This document shows positions 1-11,149 of a stretch of DNA of 64,000 nucleotides, piece by piece; position 1 is the first letter of the stretch, and each line of letters starts with the position of its first letter. Origin of the DNA: Dicyema japonicum (taxonomy: Eukaryota > Animalia > Dicyemida); contig RDEW01000099.1 in the NCBI GenBank assembly GCA_011109175.1, positions 26,960-90,959 of the forward strand. The letters run 5' to 3'. The notes below the pieces were generated by a model. The model was not told the origin of the DNA. It saw only the letters and a list, made by a program, of their open reading frames with translations, and searched no databases. The translations under genes were made by a program, and so were the position numbers.

Positions 1-199
1 TATTTATTTATTTTACATTGTTTGTCATCTTCTGACTTTAGTCCATGACCACCTAATTGGTTAGCAAATGGCTTCAAATCAGATATTTTTAATTGATTGA
101 GATTTTCAAACATCAATTTATTTTTCGATTGTATTTTATTAGTTTTTAAGTTTGCTATTAAATAATATTAAATTTCTAATAAATTAATAAATAAATTAC

Positions 200-385
200 A
201 ATCGAGACATCTGGTGCGGCCGGAAGTATTACAGCCTTTTCCTAAAGAAAATCAGGGGGAAATTGGCCCACCGTAAGAAATACGTGCGGGAAGCGGTCTG
301 GCTGAGCCAACTAATTGGAATCGCAGTTGTCCGCGAAAACGTTTACTCCGTAATGTCTGCAGCCGCTCTCCCCCATAGTTAATAA
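200..385 (+). mobile_element. 3' end of a CRE-like non-LTR retrotransposon (restriction-like endonuclease C-terminus)
   Basis: GC-rich island between AT tracts. It translates to FLKKIRGKLAHRKKYVREAVWLSQLIGIAVVRENVYSVMSAA, resembling the F(L/I)xxLGxRL...WLxQRxSxAxxRxN terminus of CRE-clade ORFs. Confidence 0.5.
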
Positions 386-1649
386 TTAATATTTTACTTT
401 AATAAAATAACTGACAGTTTTTTTATTCTTAAATTAATAAATAAGTTTATTGCAAATTAATATTTTCCGAAATTTCTTAACTAGTAGAACGGAAATAAAC
501 CGATTATCTTAATCTGACCGTAAGAATTGAGATCTTGGTTGAGGAATATCTTCATCTCTTTAAATCAGTGATCTTGGGGCAATAAATAAAGGAAAGAATT
601 CATGCAAGAAATAGAATTTAATTTATTTTTAACGAAATACGTGTATTTTCTTAATTCATTATTTTTGTAGTTTTTTTTCATTATTATTTTTAAAATGAAC
701 AAGTAAAGTCTTTTAGTTAAGCGGTCAGGATTGTATGAGCTTTTCCTCTGATCACCTTCATCTCGAGCCTAGGCCTTAATATATGTCACCGTCATTACGT
801 GAAACTCCACTGGAACCAATCAAAATACAAATTAGTTCCATGGATATTTCAGAGTTTTCTAATTTGAATGTTGCAATTTTTATATTTTAAAATCATAAAG
901 TGACAAAAATCCACTCAAATGAATAGAATGGCATTTTAATGATATTTTATTATTTTTAATTAGCAAAAAACTTTATTAATTTCACGTACGACGAAGTTCC
1001 ATGTGCGGACGGTGATGATGTATTTTAATAACTCAATATAATAAATAATCATTTTGCTATCTTGTTCTCCTCCTAATATTGACACAAACGAAGCTCCTCT
1101 ACCGCTGGAACTTCGTATCCATTAAAGCCTTGCGTTGCACTCACAACATGGATCTACACTACTATATGACATTCTTCTCCGTTTTGTCCATCCTGCCTTC
1201 TGGACGACAAGAATACATATTCCTTTCTCCAGGTCCTTCTCCTAGTTCTGCAAGCACTTGATACAACCGACTGATCTCAGACCGTTCGCTCTTGGCTGTG
1301 TCGTTCTTGTCTGCCGCCGGTTTTCTTTACTCGAAGGTATCGGGGATAAATAAATGTCCTGAGTAGGAAGACATGGATTAATCGTATAATGATTATATTA
1401 ATCATGTGGTTAAATGACCTCGAATTAGTTTACTAATACTAATTCTTTAATCTCTTTTCAAAACTCAAGTCTCCTACGATCTGTAAGAGCTCATTCCAGT
1501 CCAAGGGGATCCAGTTTTACTTGAATCTGGAGACTTCCAGACTCACGCGATAACTCAACTGTTGACTCTATGCATCAGCCTCCCCCGTAGCTCAATATTC
1601 CTTACAAACCGTGCCTTGTTAGCTAACTGATTTTTAAATAACAAATTTC

Positions 1650-2200
1650 CCTCATTCCTTACTTTAGAAGTTGACAAATTGGTCTCTATGGTGATTGCAT
1701 GAGTATTTGGTTAAACAGACCAAGGGATAATTATGCATTAACCTAGGGAACAGAATGTCGTTCAGGCATTGGAAGTCTCATGAGATAGACGAACCCGTGA
1801 CCTAAGCCACTTTGCCCGACACGGTTGTTAACTAAATTAATAATAGTCTATTAGTAAACGATATTCTGATAACTCATGCAGATGATATTTTTCTGTCCTC
1901 ACGTGATCTGGATATTCAGGTTGCCATCTCAGGATTAAAACAACAACTGGAAACTTAACGCTTGGTTAGAGGACAACCACCTATCAATTAGCCACGGGAA
2001 ATTAATTACTATGCTATCCACCACTGGCAGCAGACGGACTTTGAAGCTAAAGGTGGATTATACATAAATCCCATATAGTAATTACCAGAAAATCAGGAGA
2101 ATCACCTTCGATATGGTTTTATCAGCATATCGAAAACGTGATTATCAGAAGCCTCTCAGGATTTTTTATGGCAGTGCGTCAAGCCATTCATCTCTTATGC
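1650..2200 (+). mobile_element. Degraded LINE reverse transcriptase fragment (I/jockey-like)
   Basis: Broken frames give QGII, NDILITHADDIFL (YADD box), LNAWLEDNHLSIS and GITFD-like motifs, with stops and frameshifts. Confidence 0.6.
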
Positions 2201-3302
2201 ATGTGTTTCTTGGAGTCCTTAGGATCAATTCGTAGAAGATATAACCTCATGGAAAAGGGTTTAGAAAAGGCGGAACAGTGGAATTGTGTAAATAAATGCT
2301 CATCAGTGATATTTCAGAAATAACTAATGCAGGTAAACATTCAGGATGTCCGTTCTATCAAACAATTCTCTTTCCGGTATTTGCATGTGTGGGTTCAGGA
2401 GAGGATCACCTCATCAAACTGAAGGCACTGTTGAAATTTGTTGGATCACTTGCCGGTCGAAATTTCACTCCTGCCCTATTCGGACAAAAGGTTCCATGCA
2501 TATGCGATGCTGATAAAAATTGACGACTAAATCATAATTTTAAATAACAATAGGAATCAAGATTAACTATCATCTTCAGATAGATGATTAGCAAAGTTCT
2601 TTCAATTTTTTGACCAGTCAGGATTTGAAACCAACATTTCGTCAAACAAAACCTCGGGTTTGAACTGTCTTCCAACTCCTTTATCTAACAAAGTTCATAA
2701 AAAGGTGTGAGAAGAGGGATTTTATCCATTACACGCAATATAGAAATTTTGAGCAATAAACACTTAATCCCCTCAACAATGCATTATTAGTCACTAGGCT
2801 CAATAGCCTAATAAATTATAATGGAACAATAAATAATGAAGAAACGAATATTCGTGAATTGTACTTTTAATAACAAATTATATACACTTTCTAAGCATTT
2901 GAAGCAAAATACATTTTGGATGTCGATGTCCTTTACGCTTCCTGATCGTTAGCTAGAGACTTCAACCATTCTAGGTAATTTCGTAGGGTGACAGGCAGAG
3001 TTTATCTTAAGATTTAACAAAGCGTTCCTCTTAACAACACTAAAACTTTCCATAGATATGCTTGGTTAGGAGGTTAGTCCATACAGTCTTCAGCGAAACT
3101 CAGCTATTCCAGGGCTATTGGTTTACAATCAAAATCTCGTAGATCGTTTTACAAAAAATCCTAATCAGCCAGCTTTGTGATGTTATATTGATAACAAATG
3201 AGACAAATAAATATACAAAACAATTAGTAAAGAAATATATTACACAATCACAAAGACCCATTTCTAACACAATTACGATGCACTTGGGGTCTACTTCCAA
3301 CA

Positions 3303-4996
3303 CTAAACAGTGAGATAGCCCGCCCACAACTCCTCAGTCCTACAATCACCCAAAATCATACTCTCCACAATAGCATCAGCAACCACATAATAACGACGTT
3401 CTGAAAACTCAGTCTTTTTTCCCACCAAAATAGCATCCCTCACAAAACCGCACTCAACCATGCTCATTGCGTAGGAGACCGCATCTTTTCGTCGACAAAT
3501 TCCATCCACGTGCTCTAACAGCCAAGAGACCAGCTCTGAACCAAGAAAAGCACTTGAAATCGTCATCTTCAGCCATAGTCTGTCTCGAATAGGCAGAGCA
3601 TTGTCGATGTCCGTCCTCATCATGGCTGCCACCACAGCAAACATATCAGTGTTTAAACTCAATTGTTGGTGACACGTGGGAGTTACTATGGTACCCGAAT
3701 CCGCAGAAAACCTCGTTATACTACGATCACATAACAACGAATCGAGAAAATCATTCGAATCGAAGTCAGCAAATACAAGAGCAACCTTTTTCCTAAAAAT
3801 CACAAATAGAGACTTTTCAGGATTCAAAGCCACGTGGAGAAGTTTCATGGACTCTGAGTTTGAAAAATTTTCCAATGATCTTCCATTGACCTCCAAAACA
3901 AGCATTCCGGTAGAAATCCGACCATCGATTTCGGCTGCACCACTAAACACTAAAGCAAACGAAAAAACCCGCGTAAAATTGAATCGACTAAAATTCCTTG
4001 GTCGTTTCCTGCTTTGTCGACTCTGCCAGAAAATCTTATTCCAACAGGGACGTAAGATGAAATATAAAGTTCTACTTTGACGATTTGGACATCGGCAGAG
4101 GTAACCCTAGAAAGAAGGGAAGTACAGAGGCTGGGACAGTTAATTTTCTTGGTTTATCACATAAATACTTTATTCATTAACTTATCATTCCAGTTTGACC
4201 ACGAATATCCTGTTGCAATGGAGGAGTGTCTAATATGACAAATTAATGGCTTACGATGATTTTAACGGGGGATCGATGTTTTCACCACTACAGGTCTTTC
4301 CACTTCTAGTGATAACAAAAACGTTAGGAAATTTAATTATAACAATAAAATTTAAAAAATTGGTTAACCACATAAAAATTATATATTATTTTAAATATAC
4401 GCAAAAATTTTATAATTATTTTTTACCACAAAGATTTATATATAGATTTAGTAAATTGATAAATAATGGTTAACACGTAAAAGTAATATTTAACGTAATA
4501 TTGAAAACAAAATTACCTTAAATTTAATTTAAAGAATTTATTAAATGTTATAATGTTGGTTAACCACATAAAAAATAAACATTAAATAATTAATAATCAA
4601 AATTTACAGAGTAGAGGATTTCGCCGAAACAACGCAGACAGAATTACCGGGAGAATTCCTCTCAGCATTTTTTATTAACTAACAATTGTCAACCAAAAGT
4701 ACCCAAAACTCGAGTTTTCCGTTGTGAGGGACTCTTATTAAGTCAGTATCCTTGACCTCCGCTCTCACAGATCTGGGAGTCATAATATCAGCATACCCAA
4801 ATTCGTCGTCCTGTGAGGAAATAAAAAACCTGTAATTGTTGGATATCTCTAGTTCATTCTTTAGTTTGGTGACAGGAACAAATATGGAATCCTCTGCATT
4901 GTAGGGCGTTTGATGTAGTCGTTTGACTTCAATTTCGTATATGTAAGGCGTATTATCGTTTTCGAAATGCAGTATAACTTTAATAGAAGACATCAC
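3303..4996 (-). CDS. DVL: Dishevelled (DIX-PDZ-DEP), compact, about 405 aa
   Basis: Exon model on minus: 4996-4797, 4772-4703, 4678-4608, 4305-4255, 4229-4182, 4106-3969, 3942-3303. GT-AG introns are 24, 24, 302, 25, 75 and 26 nt and all phases are consistent. DIX: KVILHFENDNTPY...YRFFISSQDDEFG|SVRAEV...NGKLEFW. Pre-PDZ: SSHSSIAT. PDZ: VGIRFSG...GILVDSILRGGAAEIDGRISTGMLVLEVNG. DEP: IRDRLWLKMTISSAFLGSELVSWL...FSERRYYV. Confidence 0.93.
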
Positions 4997-5855
4997 CTAG
5001 TAACACGGCAACATATTTTAAAATTTCAGTATTTTTTAATTTTTAATATTAATTTTAAAATTATTTAAAATATTATAAAATTAATTTTTTATTTCGGCGA
5101 TTTAACATCATCATCGTGACATGAGCATGTGTTTTTAGAATTATGTAGGGTCAGAAACCATCCAGTCCTGAATTGTATATCAAGTAGTAGTTCGATCCAC
5201 GCATCTCCTATGCATGTGCTTCCTGGAGTCAATTCATCTCTTATTCTAAGATCTCGGCTGCAAACAAAATATCAGACATAGTCACACATAGTTATTATCA
5301 GATAGAAAGGCCGACATTATTGTCTTTAGAGTTACCAATTAGGTGGGCTCAAGAGAAGATCACTTAACCCAAGTTCCAATTAGTCTACGTACCGTACTCA
5401 CTGGTGATCTATTGTATACTTTTCTTTTCCCATTGTTGCGTCTGTGTTGTGATGCATAGTCAAACCCCGGTCTTGTTTCCTAATAAAAACTCTTAAGCTA
5501 AATGTTTACGGTATCCGCAGAAAAGTTCTGGAACGTCGTTTCCTGATTGTGAATCTCCACGTGCAAATTGCAGTTATTTGTGATTGCAGTATAGATCAAT
5601 CCCTTTCCTAGTTTCCAGGATTTTATGTAAAGCGTTGCCTATTTATTCACAAACTCTCGAATGTTGATCCCAAGGAAGGAAAAACAAAAGATCGGCTGGG
5701 ACACGGCGAAAGGTGATCAGTCCCGTGGACCTCAAGCGTACGTGAAGGCCACAGTGGCGACTTTTCCTTCCCGGTCTTGTATATGAAGACATTAAGACCC
5801 AAACCACATATTGATTATAATTCAAAGCCAGAGAATTGTTAGTGAGTTAATATAG

Positions 5856-6979
5856 TTATTTCAATATTGGATAAATAGCATATTTGAGATAATGGCAATT
5901 ACCCTTCCCACGTGCAAGTCTCATGTAGCCACTCTCACCCCAACGTATACCCCAACTATTTTTTATAAGCCAGTATTTTTCTCCTTTAGATTCTCCATAC
6001 CCAACCACCACACTAAAATGGGATAAACCGCCTTGACAGTTTTTCATGTGAAATATACCTCAACAAATAAAAATCACTACCCCCAAAATACATTTTAAAA
6101 CGAATCATATCACCCTTCATACTCACGCCTACAGGACCTTTATTTACGAGAACATTTTGAAGGATTTTTTCAGACGGAGAAAAGATAACTTTAACTTTTT
6201 TCAATTTAAAGCGAATGTCTGGTCTGCCTCTAAATTTGCATTTTTGAACCTATAAATTGAAATAAATTGAACTTTCCCCTCATATGGATATCGTCTGCTA
6301 GAACTGAGTCCCCCGTTGTGCTTTATGAAATTAAATGCTCGTTTTGATTTCCCCCCATTACATCCATGATTTACTGCGCAGTCTATAATACTCTGCTCAC
6401 TAAATGAGACCAGTTTTCTGTATTTGAAAGCGTAATAAGATTCCAAAAGAGCAGTCTACGAATTTCAAATCACAATAAACAGTCCCAAACGCGTAGCATG
6501 CCCCACACAATCCCTGGTCCTTCACGGCAGTTACAAATTTGATTTTCCTCCAATCTAAAGATTTTGGAAATTTGAAAGAATCTCCAAACAGTAACTCATC
6601 CTCAAAATCCTCATATGAAGTGTCATTCCTCACAAATCAAAGTTATTTCCCTTGAATACCTCACTGGTTGTCTAGGATAAATAATGAACATACCATATCA
6701 GAAAATCTATTTATTCCTAATTGGAACGATGATTTTCCCGCCATTTTGTGGTTTTCGAGGATATTCAGGTTAGCAATGAATATAGCCTTTCGGACTTCAA
6801 ATTCCAAGCCAAAATAGGTTTTGTCTAGATAGATTATTATAATTACTGTATTGGTAGAGAAAGCTATTCCATTTTACATTCAAATGATCTTTCTGTACTA
6901 AAGGGTATGAGTCATATTTGAATGAAATTGCTGTTCGAGTAAGATAAGTTAATTGAATTATAAAAATCAGGCTAATCAT
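5856..6979 (-). CDS. CTSL: Cathepsin L-like papain-family (C1A) cysteine protease with signal peptide and I29 propeptide
   Basis: Hydrophobic N-terminus, then YNKTY, an ERFNIN-like helix, [23 protein letters not shown] (Gln and catalytic Cys), [24 protein letters not shown] (His) and YWLIKNSWG (Asn). Micro-introns at 6846-6825 (22), 6693-6672 (22), 6480-6456 (25), 6272-6250 (23) and 6080-6059 (22). One junction near 6610-6660 is unresolved. Confidence 0.92.
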
Positions 6980-7518
6980 TATGATAATTAATTCTAATAT
7001 ATTTTATTAAAATAAAAATGTTATTTTATTAAATTAATTAATTATGTAAATTAAATTTATTTTTTTTGTTCCGCTCACAACTTGATTCATCCGTACAGGA
7101 AGTGTGTCGGCTATCGGATAGAACACCAAGAAAGGATGAGGCGGCTTCTTAAGGAGGCCTGGATCACCTGTAAGCCCTCGCTTTCTTTTATTTTGTCTGA
7201 AATTCTTGGTTACAAATAAATAAACTTGAAACGTCTGGTTCCCTTCCTCCTGCGACGATGGAATTCTTGAATCGTCTAGGAAACGCCGCATTAAAAATGA
7301 AGTAAAACTAATTTCTAGCAATCTCTACCTTTTTGATGATCGAAAAGTTGTTGAATAATCGAGAAACCATTGTATATGAATGAATTCTTTGAATTCCTTA
7401 AGAAATACAAGACTTATCAATCTCCCCATATCTCCCTGCATAATCAACTTTCTAAATCTCTATATATTAAAGCTCGTTTTCACATATTTTCGATCATTCA
7501 AATAAAAAACAGCACTTT

Positions 7519-7916
7519 TCAGTGGAAGCAAAATATAGCTCCACACAGGCAGGCACACAGTTTATTAGAGTAAGAACAGTTATGATAACTATCGGTACAA
7601 AGAGAACCAAGGAATGTTCCTACCTTCTTTTTCTTTATGTTGCATGTGAGTCCTAGACGATCTGGTTCCGCAGTGGAGTATTCCCAGATGACAGCGTCAC
7701 TCATACCAAAAGCATCATTGATGCTGGGAACCTCTAGCCGCAATGTACAGCAGGGAGATTCGCTTCCAGAACCATCGGGATTTTGTCCTGAACAATCCTG
7801 ACTAAAAACTAACGATTTCAAGCGGATCCTAACCTCATTTCAATGTCGTAGTCCACGCTCATAGCTAACCTCCCGGCTGTAATCAACACAAAAGCAAATA
7901 TCGTGTAATATAGCAT
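7519..7916 (-). CDS. Candidate small secreted cysteine-rich protein (121 aa, 10 Cys)
   Basis: ATG at 7916 gives MLYYTIFAFVLITAGRLAMS (signal-peptide-like). A 32-nt GT-AG intron (7833-7802) joins in frame to ORF 7519-7821, SQDCSGQ...CC...LTC...LCTDSYHNCSYSNKLCACLCGAIFCFH*. Confidence 0.5.
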
Positions 7917-7924
7917 AAATCATA

Positions 7925-10700
7925 TTTCCACGAATGTGAAGTCACTAGGCCATACCAAGTGAGTACAATCGGGACAATCTTGACCTCTGCTTGGTGTATC
8001 AACTCCATGCCTTTGGAAAGAAGGTCATGCTACCTCAGCTTTTCGCATTCCACCTGCTGTAGATTTTGGGAAGATGTTATTCCCACTCCGACCAAGATAA
8101 TTTTTGTTTCCTTTTTTATCAAAAACGAACAGGTCTGGCTTGTTATTCTCAATCATTATGTCTGTTTTGGTAAAGGTGTCAACTCTGATTTCAACTGAGT
8201 CATTCATTACAATGGATTGCACTGAATGAGTCTTCAGTTTCTTCTCGTTTTTGAGACCAAACTCTCTGCAAAAGTGGAAATGTAGACACCTTACGACTTC
8301 GTTATGTCTTCTTACATAATCCCCATGCAACATCTTTTCACACCTTGTGGCACAATGATCCACGGTCTTCTTCCACTTTTTACAATGGGTGCACATTGCA
8401 TTTTGTTCTCCAATAACAAATTCCTATCTTGAATAAGGCAGAATAAGGTTTCCGACCTTGGGAGTTATTCCCTTTTAGAAGCCAATGAGAGGAATGCTCT
8501 ATATTCACATAATCCTCCAACAAATTCTTATAAATAACGGAATGAAGACTCTTCAATCTTATATGAGTCATTAAACCTTTTTGCATGTTCGATATCAATT
8601 TTATATCCAACTCAGAAGTGTCGCAAATACTTGTGCCTTAGAAATCCTTGATTAATGCCAAATGTGTTTTCTCCAAATGTTCGGCTTGAAGAATAGCGGC
8701 ACTTCTACTGCAAACAGTACTTCTGAGTTTCAAATCATGAAAAAATCCATATAAAATCTTTTCACTTAGAAGAGAGATTAAGCGTAGCCCTATCCCAAGT
8801 AATTCCTTGTTAAATAGAGCCTCTGCTTGCATGCAGGTTTGAGATCAATATGGTGCGGATAGCTGAGTCAATGAAATCGTATTCACAGGGTTCCACATTA
8901 ATGAGTCCAATATAATAGTTATATAAAGACAGAGCATGCTCATTAATAGCCTTAAACAAATTCACTGCGTTAGTTTGGTATTCACCAGTTTCTCAATTCT
9001 CTGGTTTACTTGCGAAGAAATTATTTTTAACATTTCTGGCTTTTGAATTTGTCCGGAAGGACCTTCCAATACACCGAGGTATTTATATCCATCCATTCCC
9101 TCTAACAACTTGGCTTCATCTGATAACAAGACATTTGTAGCGGACTTTTCTAGATTCCTTTCCAGCCCTACAGCACTGAAGTACAAATTAACATTTCCAT
9201 CATTTTTACACATCTTCACTAGTCAAAATAAGTTTTAACTCGTCAATAAATAAAATGATAAGTTGAAATGACGAGACTGATCATCATGTAAAACGGAGAC
9301 TTTTGGATACTTATATGTCAATAAACGGCTAAGTGGGTCAAGAGCACTAAGACAAATAATATAGGGGATAGACTATCCCCCTGCAAAATTCCCCTTTCAA
9401 TCTGAATATCACGAATATTTTTATTATTCAACATTAGTTTCACTCTCCAATGCATAATCAGTAATCTCCGGGTTTTTCAAGGACTTCCATTAAAAAGTTG
9501 TGGTCAACGAGTCAAATGCTTTATTGACGTCAATCCATGCAGCATATAATCCACCTCCATTTACTTTATTAAGTGATTTATTGACTAGTACCTGTTCTTT
9601 AGCACCCTGACATCTCTTCCTTGTTCCCATCTGGTTTTCAGAAAGATGGCCAAACGCTTTCACATAATCCGCTAGTTTGGCATTAATACACTTTGTCATA
9701 AGTTTATAGAGTGACGACATGCATGTAGTAGGGCGTAAGTCCTTTGGTGACTGTGACGCTTATCATTTTTGGATCAAGTACGTAATTCCAGTAAAAACCA
9801 GTTTCCAGGGACGTACTCTCCGATTATAATCCTAAGCATTTCGGTATAGATAAATTCATGCAGTGCGATAAATTTCTTAAGTAAGAAATTGTGAATCCCA
9901 TCACAACCTAGAGCCTCCTTTTCCATAATTCTTCCAAAAGTCTGCGCATTTTTCATTATCAATTGACGCAGTAACATTATTATCCGTAGGGGTTAGGTTT
10001 CTGTAATATGATCTTCAATTTAATTCGAAATTTAGATTATCAAGGCGAAATTTCTTGCGGGACTCAGATACACACAATTTCTTTTCGAGAATTTTAATTT
10101 TATCTTTAATGTACCAAATAATCCTCGCTCTTTCACCATGATTTTTTTTTTATATCCCACAAACGCTAATGCGTGACAAGTCATAGGTTTTTCTTCGGTT
10201 GGCAAAGTCTTCATAAAAAAAAACTTTTTAGTTAGCAAAAGAAATGATTTCCACTTTTCAATTTATATTCTCTTTCATTTTGATGGCTCATTTTTTTCAC
10301 TGAAATAATCTGATATGTAACTTGACCAGTATAAATAAGAGTAGAAATTTGATCCATAGAAGTTATAAAGATCTTTTTAACCCATTGGCTAATGACTCAC
10401 TTCAAACACTCCAGTGAGTTATTGTCAATCTTGAAATAAGGAATCTTTTTGGTTCGGGGTCTCGAGCTTTGTTCAATTTGCTCGGCAATTATCAATTGTT
10501 CCATAAATGTGGGTCGGCAGTGATCGTATAATCTAGGGTCCAGGGACGGTGAATTAAATTTAGAAATTGATACACCATCTTCAACAGGATCCTTAGCTCA
10601 CTGGGTACTTGTTGGCGTCTTTGAATATATAATAGCTTCCTAAACTCAGACTCTGTTATATCTTCAACGAAAGTAGACTTGAAAGGTCTCCAGAATAACT
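7925..10700 (-). mobile_element. Near-full-length degraded non-LTR retrotransposon with RT, CCHC finger and restriction-like endonuclease (R4/Dong-like)
   Basis: Collinear motifs: GCDGIHNFLLK, RPTTCMSSLYK, NQMGTRKRCQGAKEQVL, AWIDVNKAFDS, GILQGDSLSP, GYKYLG, CTHC...VDHCATRC, YVRRHNEV, NNKPDLFVFDK, IVPIVLTW. Many stops and frameshifts. Confidence 0.88.
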
Positions 10701-11149
10701 TTCCATCCTTCCCGTGTCATTCACCGACAACATTTAATTGCTAAATTTTGGAGGTCGTCTTATTATTTCTATTACCGTGGTTGTCAATTACATAAAATCA
10801 CATTCACTTCAGAATCGTTTTTTTTTCGATTATTATGTGAAGAAAATGAAGATAATTGCTCTCAGCAGTATTTCTAGTTAGAGTTCTGTGTAAAACTTTC
10901 GAACTTCCAACATCAAATCGATCTCGGACAGAATCATCGGCCTTCCATTTATTACTTCAATACTTTTTTTGCAAAGTAAGGAATTCAATTAAATTATTAA
11001 CTTTAGGAAACTGGCAACCGTTAAAAAACGCTGCCAGAGATCCATTACTTTTGCAGGAGGTGGGCTTTTCCTTAGTGTTCTTTGTAGATCAGTGAATGTT
11101 CTCCATATGTGTCATGGGGAGGTTGGGAAGTTGGGTGGATTAAAGTAAT

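Noticed and set aside
1190-1300. Kinase-like YQVLAELGEG on the minus strand
   Set aside because: No GxGxxG completion, VAIK, HRD or DFG motifs follow. More likely TE gag-like debris.
3676-4080. 134-aa plus-strand ORF
   Set aside because: Antisense shadow of the Dishevelled PDZ exons, with no independent motif.
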